A program made the position numbers and the translations under genes. This document shows, in pieces, positions 9,459-18,247 of a stretch of 25,605 nucleotides of DNA (its first letter is position 1; each line of letters begins with the position of its first letter). Under the pieces are notes generated by a model, which saw only the letters and a program-made list of their open reading frames with translations, made no database searches and was not told the DNA's origin. The stretch is from a virus (lineage: Duplodnaviria; Caudoviricetes). Where the stretch lies: positions 1-25,605 of the IMG/VR virus record IMGVR_UViG_3300042389_001946; one strand, written 5' to 3'.

Positions 9459-9937
9459 CAAAACTTACAGTTATAACAGAGAGTTGGCCGACACTTGGTG
9501 TGGACTCTATCTACCTCAACAAAGCTTTTAGAGAGCTAGGTAGTGAGGTAGATATATGCATATACACCACATCAAAAGATGGTTATAGTGTAGTAACCGG
9601 AGGTAATAACATATTAATACACCGTGTAGAGTCTGTTCCACACAGAGCCTCTAAACGATTTTACGATAATATTTATGATCAAATTAAAATGAATGCTTCG
9701 GATGTACTATATACAATATCACCAACTTCAGATTTTTTCGTAAAAGCATCAAAAAATATAGCGCATTGGCCAGCAGGAAAAAATGTAGATAAAAATATAG
9801 CGCATAATTATAGCTACCATGTTACTTTTGATTCGCAGCATAAGGCAGATCTCGCCTCTATAGGTGTACCGGGTAGTAATATCTTTATAATGACCCCGAA
9901 CGATATATGCAATACTATAAAAAATATAATCTCTTAG
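9455..9937 (+). CDS. GT4 N-terminal-like domain protein (no C-terminal catalytic domain)
   Basis: MTKLTVITESWPTLGV resembles GT4 N-termini; ATGA overlap with the upstream gene. Confidence 0.5.
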   Translation: MTKLTVITESWPTLGVDSIYLNKAFRELGSEVDICIYTTSKDGYSVVTGGNNILIHRVESVPHRASKRFYDNIYDQIKMNASDVLYTISPTSDFFVKASKNIAHWPAGKNVDKNIAHNYSYHVTFDSQHKADLASIGVPGSNIFIMTPNDICNTIKNIIS

Positions 9938-9943
9938 ATTATA

Positions 9944-10072
9944 TTACAGGCCGTCTCTTCTTATTCTATAAGTTGTTTTTTTTAATTTCAACCTTTTAAT
10001 TATTTCTTCGCGCTCTTTCTTTGAAAGCTTTCCTCTAAAAATGCGGCGGAAAAGAGTGAGAAAGATGTTCAT
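9944..10072 (-). CDS. small highly basic protein (42 aa, MNIFLTLFRRIFRGKLSKK...)
   Basis: Manually translated; own TAAATA box at 10080-10085, 7 nt before the ATG. Confidence 0.55.
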   Translation of the reverse strand: MNIFLTLFRRIFRGKLSKKEREEIIKRLKLKKTTYRIRRDGL

Positions 10073-10109
10073 GATATATTATTTATCTATATAGAGACTA
10101 AATAATGTT

Positions 10110-11885
10110 ATGTATGATAGTGATGTGAGAGTTAATCAGAATTTACCTGAGTATGGTAAATTTGTTGAAATAAAAGGAGATTCACGCTTTCCAGCGGTTT
10201 CTGTAACCCGTTTTAATAGTCCTAATGTAGCAGGAATGGCTCCAATCTCATCGGTTGATACGTATTCAAAATATGCAGTATTAACTCATTTAGTTAACGC
10301 TTCAGATATTAACCTCACTCTTTCAGCTAGTAATGTTGATATTGGCAATGTTGGTATCGTTGATCATACCACAGGAACAGATGTATATGCACAAATAGTC
10401 CGTACAGCTACTGTAGGTGGATCTGAAGTAGGTGCAGTGCGAGTTATAACAACAGGCATTACTCCTATAAGCGGTACTATTACTGTTAGTAATCCTATAA
10501 CTGCTGTTACAGTTCTTAATACAGTTAGTTCGTTCTCTCTAGTTAATCCAGTTACAGCAGTTACAATTAACAATCCAGTTAGTTCTTTTTCTTTAGTTAA
10601 TCCAGTTACAGCAGTTACAATTACAAATCCAGTTACTGCTATAAGCGTTACGCCTTTAATTAACTATTCTGGAAATTACAACTTAGCGTCTGATGCGTTT
10701 GGTCGCACAAGAACGTCTTCACCTCTAACTCTTTTTGATTCATCACATAGATATGCCGACAACAATCTTTGGTCTACTCTCACAGGTGGCACAACCACAA
10801 CCTCTGCATCTGCTCAGTTTAATCAAAATCAAGGACTGGTAGAGTTAAAGGTAGATGCATTAAGTGGCTCTAAAATATATAGAGAGACAACAAAAGTGTT
10901 TGCTTATCAACCAGGCAAATCGTTACAGATAATGAGTACCTTTACTTTTAGTCCTTCTACTACCAACCTAAGACAGCGTGTTGGTTATTATGGAGCTGAA
11001 AACGGTATATATTTAGAACTAGATGATAGTTCATTGTATATGGTTGAACGCAGCCTTGTAACTGGTACTGTTACTTCAACGAGAATACCACAATCAGGAT
11101 GGAATGTTGATAAGCTTGATGGTTCAGGACCATCAGGAATTACGCTTGATATTACAAAAGCACAAATCCTATTCATGGATATAGAATGGCTGGGGTTAGG
11201 TACTGTTAGAACTGGGTTTGTTATTAATGGTCAGTTTGTACCATGTCATTACTTTCATCACGCTAACATAATTGACTCTACATATATTACCACCGCGTCT
11301 TTACCTCTAAGATACGAAATAGAAAATAAAGCAGCTACATCAGGCCCTAGTAAATTGAAGCAAGTATGTAGTACGGTTATATCTGAAGGTGGCTATGAAT
11401 TAAGAGGATTACAACAAGCAGCATCTATCCCAATTAATGCACCAAAAACATTTGCGGATGCAAATACATATTATCCAATCATTTCAATTAAATTGAGAAC
11501 AGATAGATTGGATGCTATTGTTATAATGACAGCATTATCCATTTTAGGAGCTGGGGATAATAAAAGCTATAATTGGCAAGTTAGAGCATCTGGAACAACA
11601 ACAGGTGGGCAGTGGTTGAGTGCTGGATCAGATAGCGCAGTGCAATATAATATTAACGGTACAAGTTTTGCAGGTGGGAGAATATTGGCTAGTGGATATG
11701 TGAGTTCTAACAATCAAAGCTCTGCTTCTGTTGATATTCTAAAAGAAGCTCTCTTTAAATTTCAACTGGAGAGAAATTATTTTACCAGCACTCCTTACGA
11801 ACTCACATTAGTTGCAGCTGCTAATAGTTCCAGTGGAGCAACTGGTATGTATGCTTCCATGGATTGGGAAGAGATAAGTAGATAA
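10110..11885 (+). CDS. putative virion structural / tail-fibre-like beta-rich protein
   Basis: GACTAAATA late box; Ser/Thr/Gly-rich; NPVTAVT repeats followed by a DAFGR...YQPGKS...DIEWLG domain. Confidence 0.7.
   Translation: MYDSDVRVNQNLPEYGKFVEIKGDSRFPAVSVTRFNSPNVAGMAPISSVDTYSKYAVLTHLVNASDINLTLSASNVDIGNVGIVDHTTGTDVYAQIVRTATVGGSEVGAVRVITTGITPISGTITVSNPITAVTVLNTVSSFSLVNPVTAVTINNPVSSFSLVNPVTAVTITNPVTAISVTPLINYSGNYNLASDAFGRTRTSSPLTLFDSSHRYADNNLWSTLTGGTTTTSASAQFNQNQGLVELKVDALSGSKIYRETTKVFAYQPGKSLQIMSTFTFSPSTTNLRQRVGYYGAENGIYLELDDSSLYMVERSLVTGTVTSTRIPQSGWNVDKLDGSGPSGITLDITKAQILFMDIEWLGLGTVRTGFVINGQFVPCHYFHHANIIDSTYITTASLPLRYEIENKAATSGPSKLKQVCSTVISEGGYELRGLQQAASIPINAPKTFADANTYYPIISIKLRTDRLDAIVIMTALSILGAGDNKSYNWQVRASGTTTGGQWLSAGSDSAVQYNINGTSFAGGRILASGYVSSNNQSSASVDILKEALFKFQLERNYFTSTPYELTLVAAANSSSGATGMYASMDWEEISR
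10522..10633 (+). repeat. 54-nt-period coding tandem repeat (18 aa, VSSFSLVNPVTAVTIxNP)
   Basis: Exact 30-mer tagttaatccagttacagcagttacaatta at 10540-10569 and 10594-10623. Confidence 0.9.
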
Positions 11886-11902
11886 CAGACTAAATAATTA
11901 AC

Positions 11903-12271
11903 ATGAAAGAGGTAGTTATTAATTTAAATGTAAATTCTATAGCGAGTGTGGATTATTCAAATGATCGAGCAACACCTAGAGTGAATGTCTTTAGGGAACC
12001 TTATACACTACCTGTAGATCATGTATATTTAGTAGATGATAATAATAAACCGTGTTTAGATATTACGTCACCTGGTCTATACACTTATTCTTTTAATATT
12101 AATGAAGCAGAAGGCGAGCGATGTGGTGTGGATATCTTTAGCGTGCTCGCAAATGATGTTTATATAGTATCAGATATAATCCCCGTTAAAAAACTATTCG
12201 GTACAATTAAACAACACCAAATATCTATACGCAAAGGCGGTATCTATAATATTACAATAGATATTCTATAA
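11903..12271 (+). CDS. hypothetical late protein
   Basis: 122-aa ORF; GACTAAATA box 6 nt upstream. Confidence 0.7.
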   Translation: MKEVVINLNVNSIASVDYSNDRATPRVNVFREPYTLPVDHVYLVDDNNKPCLDITSPGLYTYSFNINEAEGERCGVDIFSVLANDVYIVSDIIPVKKLFGTIKQHQISIRKGGIYNITIDIL

Positions 12272-12286
12272 TAATCAAAAAAATAT

Positions 12287-12680
12287 TGGTGGACACGACG
12301 GGAATTGAACCCGTGTCCTCTACTAGCTCCTACCGATCTTCAAACATGCTTATATTTGGTTCGTTAAGGTGAACCACACCTAGGGACGAATTGACTTCGT
12401 CCTCCACCAATGCATTAGACAGAATGCATACTGTTTGGGTTACCTGGTTTGTACTCAGAGCAGAGCAGGTTTTTCTCTGAGCGTTTTAGAACTTAAGCTG
12501 CGAGAGCAAGTTCACCACCAACGAATGACTCGTTGCGGGAACCGCGTCCGAAGATTGCGTTCACGACGTTTTTAGCTTTGCCGTTTGTTTTTGTTGAAAG
12601 GCTTTTTAAGAGGCCAACCTTGTCATTCCTCTGCATGCTAATCAATAGAACACTCGTACAGTCGAAACCAGAACGTGCCC
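12287..12680 (-). ncRNA. ssrA: tmRNA
   Basis: 5' GGGCACGTTCTGGTTTCGAC; 3' GGACACGGGTTCAATTCCCGTCGTGTCCACCA; acceptor stem with G3.U70; pk1 AGAGG/CCTCT; tag ORF at 12582-12493 = GKAKNVVNAIFGRGSRNESFVGGELALAA*. Confidence 0.96.
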
Positions 12681-12689
12681 TAAATTGTA

Positions 12690-12777
12690 TGGCGGAAGCA
12701 AAGAGAATCGAACTCTTGAGGGCTTTAAGACCCCAGCTGTTTTCAAGACAGGTTCCTCGACCGACCGGACTACTTCC
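12690..12777 (-). tRNA. trnS: tRNA-Ser(TGA)
   Basis: Acceptor GGAAGTA/TGCTTCC, anticodon loop CTTGAAA, long variable arm, GCCA end. Confidence 0.92.
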
Positions 12778-12785
12778 TTAAAATT

Positions 12786-12813
12786 ATTGTAAAATATATT
12801 TAATAAAAATCAA
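12786..12813 (-). promoter_or_regulatory. sigma70-like promoter for tRNA-Ser/tmRNA
   Basis: TTGATT-N16-TACAAT, 8 nt before tRNA-Ser; the spacer also contains TAAATA. Confidence 0.5.
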
Positions 12814-12877
12814 CTTTTTATTTCGTGATATCTTTTTCTATCATACATTCTACCCTTACTAACTACCATGTTTATAT

Positions 12878-13471
12878 TTACATAAAAACTCGTCTTTGCG
12901 ACCAACAATACTCAGAACAGCACTGATAGTATGCATCTTCTAAATTATCATAAATAACATTAAACCTAGTATGTATGTGTGCATGATTTCCACACTCGTA
13001 AATATTACCGTTAATGCGTGCCATTCCTGCAGAAACGTTGGGTTGAAAGGTTGGTGTTTCGGAAAAAACTATGTTATTATCAATAACACTAAATTGACGA
13101 CCTCTAGGGAAGGAAACTACACCTTCTGAATAATTATCTAAGCTCTCTAGCAGCAAAGGAGATATACCATCATCATCATCTAACCGTACTGTTGTAGTAT
13201 TATTACAGATCTCTTGACACTGTTTGCGAAAATCATCAAGAGATACATAGTGTACTGTTATGCGCGAGTCATCTATTTTTATCCTATCTTGTAAAAACTT
13301 CCCGGCAAATATATGCCATGTAAAATTTTCATCTGTTTGACTTAAAACAGATGGCTTTGTAAGTTTTTCAAATACGTTAAATTTAAATTCAAGACGCTCT
13401 TCATCTCGTACCTTATGTGCTCCTGTCGGTAGAAGACCTGGTATGCTAAATCGCGTTACAATTAATTTCAT
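12878..13471 (-). CDS. putative rhamnosyltransferase-like GT-A protein
   Basis: TRFS...FEKLTKPSVLSQTDENFTW...TVRLDDDD pattern. Confidence 0.75.
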   Translation of the reverse strand: MKLIVTRFSIPGLLPTGAHKVRDEERLEFKFNVFEKLTKPSVLSQTDENFTWHIFAGKFLQDRIKIDDSRITVHYVSLDDFRKQCQEICNNTTTVRLDDDDGISPLLLESLDNYSEGVVSFPRGRQFSVIDNNIVFSETPTFQPNVSAGMARINGNIYECGNHAHIHTRFNVIYDNLEDAYYQCCSEYCWSQRRVFM

Positions 13472-13475
13472 AAGA

Positions 13476-13601
13476 TTATTTCTTACGACTCTTTTTGACC
13501 TTTGGTTCTTTAACTGTTTTTGAGATCGTGAGAGTCTTACGAATCGTTACATTGCCACTCTTAACGGTAGCTCTTTTTGTTCTTGTTGTTGTTTTGGCCA
13601 T
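13476..13601 (-). CDS. small very basic protein (41 aa, MAKTTTRTKRATVKSG...KKSRKK)
   Basis: Manually translated; fills the gap between neighbouring genes; 15 Lys/Arg and 1 acidic residue. Confidence 0.65.
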   Translation of the reverse strand: MAKTTTRTKRATVKSGNVTIRKTLTISKTVKEPKVKKSRKK

Positions 13602-13612
13602 ATGCGTTTATA

Positions 13613-13870
13613 TTAAAATTGACTAACGGAAAGTCTATACAAAATCTTTCGTAAAGCAAAATCTTCTTCATCAGCTTTACGAATAATTTCAGTCTCTGCT
13701 GTAAAATTGTGTGATGTGTGTGCATCATGATCAACAACTAAATTACCGTTTTGATCAACATAGGCTCCTACGGGCCATGAGAGAGCTCGACGAAGAGTCT
13801 GTACGGTTACTCTAAGCTCTTCCTGTGTATCGAGCTCTGCTTCTATAATTGCTTTTGCTTTTACTTTCAT
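13613..13870 (-). CDS. hypothetical protein (start revised to MKVKAK, 85 aa)
   Basis: The ORF-track start lies inside tRNA-Leu; the first ATG after the tRNA is at 13870. Confidence 0.65.
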   Translation of the reverse strand: MKVKAKAIIEAELDTQEELRVTVQTLRRALSWPVGAYVDQNGNLVVDHDAHTSHNFTAETEIIRKADEEDFALRKILYRLSVSQF

Positions 13871-13880
13871 ACTTTTAAAG

Positions 13881-14170
13881 TGGTAGCCGTGGTCGGACTC
13901 GAACCGACAAGCCAGTAACGGCAACGGATTTTCATACCACTATAGTTTTCACTACCCTTTCGGTTTGTGGTCTGGACTATACCTTGATCATAGTATCTCT
14001 ACCTTAGATCCTCGCCGTCTAGTCTCTACACCTTCCTAATTTCTTAGGCTTGGCTCGGGGTTAGCATTTTAAAGCCTTCACCGAATTTGACGAGTTCTAC
14101 TCCTATCTTTTCAAACAGGGCACTCAAATTTCTCTAAGTCCGCAATGTTTACCAATTTCATCACACGGCC
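13881..14170 (-). tRNA. trnL: tRNA-Leu(TAA), intron-containing (exon 1 14170-14136, exon 2 13932-13881)
   Basis: Spliced product GGCCGTG...GCGGA CT TAA AA TCCGT...variable arm...GTTCGAGTC...CACGGCTACCA (87 nt). Confidence 0.93.
13933..14135 (-). mobile_element. self-splicing group I intron (IC3, Azoarcus-like, 203 nt, no ORF)
   Basis: Inserted after U34 and ends in G; P1 CTT/GAG with U.G pair; core motifs AAATTCGGTGAA, CCGAGCCAAG, GGTGTAGAGACTAGACGG, AAGGTATAGTCC. Confidence 0.93.
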
Positions 14171-14192
14171 ATTTTATTCTTTCTACATCGTT

Positions 14193-14210
14193 ATTATAAG
14201 CTAGTTCCTT
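14193..14210 (-). promoter_or_regulatory. AAGGAACT-N4-TATAAT promoter for tRNA-Leu(TAA)
   Basis: Fourth copy of the motif (AAGGAACT AGCT TATAAT), 22 nt before the tRNA. Confidence 0.7.
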
Positions 14211-14258
14211 TAGATTTTCCACAGTAAGTTTCTGTCTGAGAGTGACAAGATGGAATAT

Positions 14259-14951
14259 TTACTTTCTTATTAAATCTTTATTAAAGTGTGGGTGATTGAA
14301 AATATACCACCATATGCGCTCAAAAGCGCATGCTGTAAAATAAAAATTATATACACCGTGTCTTTTCCAAAAAAGACCAGTTGTGGATTCGAGACCAACA
14401 GATGATCTCAACCAACCTTCATATATATTTTCTCGTTTAAAGTTATCTATTAATTTAATATAGTAACATTTAGGTTTTTGTAAGATTAACTCACGGGTTA
14501 ACCCGAATTGTGCCCCGACTCCAAAATCGGTTCTATCTGGCAATTTATATAGACCTGCTGCATTTAATATTTCCTTTACGTTAAGAAACTGTTTATGATG
14601 TCGATGAGCCCAGTGCCTAGAAATAACTGCCTTTGTATACCATGTAAAATCAGCTAACACTGGTTGATGAATTTGTTCTAAAAAATCTGGACAATGATCA
14701 AACGGGCGACCTTGGCAAAAAATTGTATAATCCGCTAGATTATCGTAATTTTCGATAATATGCGTTAAGTATGTATGTGCTTCTTTCCCTATATTAAGTA
14801 GATGCTTAAAGCTAGGGTTAATATCAGTACTATCTTTATTATACACAATTATATCAAACCCTGCAACTTGTTTTAACCAATCAATGCTCTCTTTATATTT
14901 TGCAACAACAAGTTGTTTTGTCTTAATATTGTTATATTGTGATTCCATCAT
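14259..14951 (-). CDS. DUF3431-like glycosyltransferase-related protein
   Basis: LVVAKYKE, NIGKEAHTYLTHIIENYDNL, FCQGRPFDH, GAQF, FERIW. Confidence 0.8.
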   Translation of the reverse strand: MMESQYNNIKTKQLVVAKYKESIDWLKQVAGFDIIVYNKDSTDINPSFKHLLNIGKEAHTYLTHIIENYDNLADYTIFCQGRPFDHCPDFLEQIHQPVLADFTWYTKAVISRHWAHRHHKQFLNVKEILNAAGLYKLPDRTDFGVGAQFGLTRELILQKPKCYYIKLIDNFKRENIYEGWLRSSVGLESTTGLFWKRHGVYNFYFTACAFERIWWYIFNHPHFNKDLIRK

Positions 14952-14996
14952 ATAATGTTAGCTACTATATTTTATATCGGCTCTCAAGTAAATCAA

Positions 14997-15080
14997 TGGT
15001 GGGCAAGGAGAGACTCGAACTCTCACGCATCTCTGCACTGGCTTCTAAGACCAGCGTGGCTACCATTACACCACTTACCC
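14997..15080 (-). tRNA. trnL: tRNA-Leu(TAG)
   Basis: CTGGT CT TAG AA GCCAG; long variable arm; ACCA end. Confidence 0.95.
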
Positions 15081-15088
15081 TAATTAAA

Positions 15089-16192
15089 TTACGAAGAGAG
15101 AAGGTCGCTAAATTCTCTTTCTGATCTCGTAAGAGCATCTATATTCTGCTTAAGTGTCTCAGCTCTTTTAATAGTCGATTGAATTTTTCCTTTTGGTACA
15201 ATCATGAACCTACCATCCTTTAAGCCGAAGTTACCACCTCTACTGCCAGAGAATCTCAGATAAAACATTGGATCGTAACCACTATCTTCCTCAGGTAACT
15301 CTCCGTTATACATGACATGATTTGCTTTGAGCTCGTATGTGTCATCACCTACATTATCTAACTCTACTTTACCTTGTAGCAGCACATGAACATTATCCTC
15401 ACCAAACTTTTCACCATAATCAGCTCCATACATAGACATTAATTTAAGCTCTTTACTATTAATTTTTCTGTAATAAGATTGCTTAGACTTAACACCGTCT
15501 GGAAATTTTTCCTTCATATCCGAAACAAACTTTTCTACTTCTTCATGTTTACAAATGCTCTTACCAGACTTACAAGTTATTCCGCCATACTGCTGAAAGT
15601 CAGTAGGTTTGCTACCATCTTTATGTGAGATAAAGATAGCAGGACTTCCGTTGTATGTTAAGCTGAAATCACTTTTAGGCATACCCTTAGTTGTTTCAAT
15701 GCCGTTTATTTTAGACTTAACGCCATTTATATCTACATAGAAAAAGTCTTGTTCTATTTCAAGAAGAATAGTTTCAATCTGTCTTTTTATATTATCTATA
15801 ACGCGGTTCTCAGCTTTAAGTGTAGTACCTTTGCCTTTACCTAAGACTATAGGATATTCGTTTCCTTCAGTATCTTTTACTATATAAGTATCGAATTGAC
15901 TAGAGGTAGACCCTTCATCACCTGGCTCTGCTATACGTACAATTTCGAGATCTGCATCTTTAAGAATTTTTTCAAAACTACCTCTGTCAAAATTATCTAG
16001 AGGCTGTAGTCTAACGTCTTTAGATGAAGCACCTGGTTCTAAATTTTCATCCTTAGATGATATAATAGTAGCTATCTCTTTTTTTGAGTATTTCTTCTCA
16101 TTAATAAAATTGATTTTATGTCTATCTTGACCCACACTACCTTTAGGTGCTATTCGCTCTGTATAAAGTTTTTCTATTTCCCAGGAATGCAT
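15089..16192 (-). CDS. putative PD-(D/E)XK-like nuclease
   Basis: AE...PKSDF...IFISHKDG...FQQYGG arrangement; GACTAAATA late box. Confidence 0.6.
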   Translation of the reverse strand: MHSWEIEKLYTERIAPKGSVGQDRHKINFINEKKYSKKEIATIISSKDENLEPGASSKDVRLQPLDNFDRGSFEKILKDADLEIVRIAEPGDEGSTSSQFDTYIVKDTEGNEYPIVLGKGKGTTLKAENRVIDNIKRQIETILLEIEQDFFYVDINGVKSKINGIETTKGMPKSDFSLTYNGSPAIFISHKDGSKPTDFQQYGGITCKSGKSICKHEEVEKFVSDMKEKFPDGVKSKQSYYRKINSKELKLMSMYGADYGEKFGEDNVHVLLQGKVELDNVGDDTYELKANHVMYNGELPEEDSGYDPMFYLRFSGSRGGNFGLKDGRFMIVPKGKIQSTIKRAETLKQNIDALTRSEREFSDLLSS

Positions 16193-16229
16193 ACTTATAT
16201 ATTTAGTCTATTTAGTATAAAATAAAAGA

Positions 16230-16310
16230 TGGTACGGACGGCAGGATTCGAACCTGCGGTGATTGCCTCGGTGTAAACGAGGTGCGTTCGGCCACTACGC
16301 TAACGTCCGC
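16230..16310 (-). tRNA. trnV: tRNA-Val(TAC)
   Basis: CCTCG TT TAC AC CGAGG; GTTCGAATC; ACCA end; 8-nt variable region. Confidence 0.9.
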
Positions 16311-16320
16311 GTTAAAAATA

Positions 16321-16394
16321 TGGACGCACGTTCCAGTAACGCTCTGGACTACGCGGTTTTGCAGACCACTGCATGACTTCTCTGCCAACGTGCG
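16321..16394 (-). tRNA. trnC: tRNA-Cys(GCA), non-canonical T-loop
   Basis: Acceptor CGCACGT/ACGTGCG, U73, GTGGT CT GCA AA ACCGC; T-loop AGCGTTA. Confidence 0.88.
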
Positions 16395-16405
16395 AAATAA
16401 AACTA

Positions 16406-17251
16406 TCAACCAAAGCTTGTATCACGGTCAACTACATTTAGTCTCGGCGTTTCAGGCTGCGGTTCTTCCTTTGTTGGTTCTGGCTCCTTCTTTGGCGTTT
16501 TTTCTTCTTTGAGAAGAGAGCCTGTAGAAGCAATATTATAAGATAACAGAAGCGCCACAGCAAGTGGATCAAATACTGCTATAATTACACAGATAAACCA
16601 AATAACAACGGTATCAAGAGGTTTATCAACCTGTTGAGCTATAAACTTAAATGTACCGATATCTTTTGCTTTAGATATTTCTGTTTTTAAACTTATAACC
16701 TCGTTATCCTTTTCAAATTTAAGCGTTTGAAGTGATTGTGTTCTTGATGTGAGGTCTTTAATTTCTGCAGCTGAGCGTTCAATATCAGCGTAAATAGGAG
16801 CAGCTGACTGTCTAGACATAGACGGTAAGCGCTTTTCCTGCGATTCACGCGACTTATTGAGTGTATCAACACGTGTATTAATCTGTTGTATCTCGTTATC
16901 GAGACTTGCTTTTTGTTGTTCAATAAGAGTTATCTGTGAATCGATGCCTGAAAATTTAGCTGAATTAACTTGGTAAGCAGAAGAAAGATAACCAAATATA
17001 CCAAGAGATGTTATTGCCATTAAGATAAGAATAGCAATTGACATATACGCTTTAAGCCACCACACTGTTTTTGTCCAGTAACGATATAAATAGGAAGTAC
17101 CTACAACCTTACCAAATTCAAGCGCACCTGCCATAATCAAGACCTGGTAATAGCTGCCCATGAAGAGAGTCGCAATACCCTGTACAGAAAAATACGCTGC
17201 TGATCCAGCTACAAGCATAGCACTTAGAAATAATAACAACCTGAAGAACAT
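16406..17251 (-). CDS. membrane protein with central coiled coil
   Basis: Three N-terminal hydrophobic helices, a heptad-rich middle and a C-terminal TM (FDPLAV); TAAATA 5 nt upstream. Confidence 0.8.
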   Translation of the reverse strand: MFFRLLLFLSAMLVAGSAAYFSVQGIATLFMGSYYQVLIMAGALEFGKVVGTSYLYRYWTKTVWWLKAYMSIAILILMAITSLGIFGYLSSAYQVNSAKFSGIDSQITLIEQQKASLDNEIQQINTRVDTLNKSRESQEKRLPSMSRQSAAPIYADIERSAAEIKDLTSRTQSLQTLKFEKDNEVISLKTEISKAKDIGTFKFIAQQVDKPLDTVVIWFICVIIAVFDPLAVALLLSYNIASTGSLLKEEKTPKKEPEPTKEEPQPETPRLNVVDRDTSFG

Positions 17252-17303
17252 GTCTATATTTATTTAATCTTTTTTTATTGATATCATTATACCTCTTTGT
17301 ATA

Positions 17304-18038
17304 TCAATTGATTTCTAATAGCGTACACGAAGATCCGAACGATTGATCATTCCAGTCAATGAGAGGTAATTGCAAATGTTTTCTCCACTCGTTCATCTGT
17401 TGCATCTTTTGATCGTGATTGTATGCACCTGTAGCATGATGCAATGTTAATTCTTTTGCGTGTACATCTCTAATTGCGCCTGAGAAAAAATAATTAGAAT
17501 CTAGAAGAGCACGCGATACATTAAGCTCTCTAAGCAAATTGTTTATAACACTCTGATCTCCGAGTTTATACTGTGAAAAATCATGTTCTAATGTTTTGTC
17601 TAATAATAGAGAAATTTTGGGAGACTTTTTAATCATAAAAAATCCAGTATTCGCATCTTTATTCAATTCATACCATATGCAATTGTTGCTATTAACAAAA
17701 GGTTGATCAGATTGGCCAATATACAAATATTGGCTTTCTTTCATGTCTTGCCAAACTTTAACAATTACTTCGGGGTTAAAAACTTGAATGTCGGAATCTA
17801 TTAGACCAATAATATCTCCATCATCTACAAGATCATACAGCTCTTTTAAGAGCTCTATCTTTTTCCTCACAAAAAAGAACCATTCATTGCTTCGAAAGCC
17901 GTTAGATCGTTTATTAAACTTACATGCATTTATGTGTATTCGATCATGTTCTAATCCACGTGTACAATTTCGAGCAAGCGGAGCGAATTCTTCATTATAA
18001 CAAACTATAAAGTTTAAATGGTTATTTTTATATATCAT
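17304..18038 (-). CDS. nucleotide-diphospho-sugar transferase (GT-A; GT77/GT34-like)
   Basis: LIDSDI (DxD), NTGFF, DQSVINNLL, HHA. Confidence 0.8.
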   Translation of the reverse strand: MIYKNNHLNFIVCYNEEFAPLARNCTRGLEHDRIHINACKFNKRSNGFRSNEWFFFVRKKIELLKELYDLVDDGDIIGLIDSDIQVFNPEVIVKVWQDMKESQYLYIGQSDQPFVNSNNCIWYELNKDANTGFFMIKKSPKISLLLDKTLEHDFSQYKLGDQSVINNLLRELNVSRALLDSNYFFSGAIRDVHAKELTLHHATGAYNHDQKMQQMNEWRKHLQLPLIDWNDQSFGSSCTLLEIN

Positions 18039-18066
18039 ATACAGTATTTACACTCATGTAAAAAAA

Positions 18067-18140
18067 TGGCACGTCGTGTAGGAATCGAACCCACGTTAGC
18101 AGATTTGGAATCTGCAGTCCTGCCATTGAACGAACGACGC
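18067..18140 (-). tRNA. trnW: tRNA-Trp(CCA)
   Basis: GCAGA TT CCA AA TCTGC; GCCA end. Confidence 0.95.
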
Positions 18141-18141
18141 A

Positions 18142-18216
<75 letters not shown>

Positions 18217-18247
18217 TTTAAAAAAGACAAAGCGAAATTTAGTTTAA

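Noticed and set aside
13871-13924. ORF-track N-terminal extension MPLLACRFESDHGYHFKS
   Set aside because: It is mostly the 3' exon of tRNA-Leu, not coding sequence
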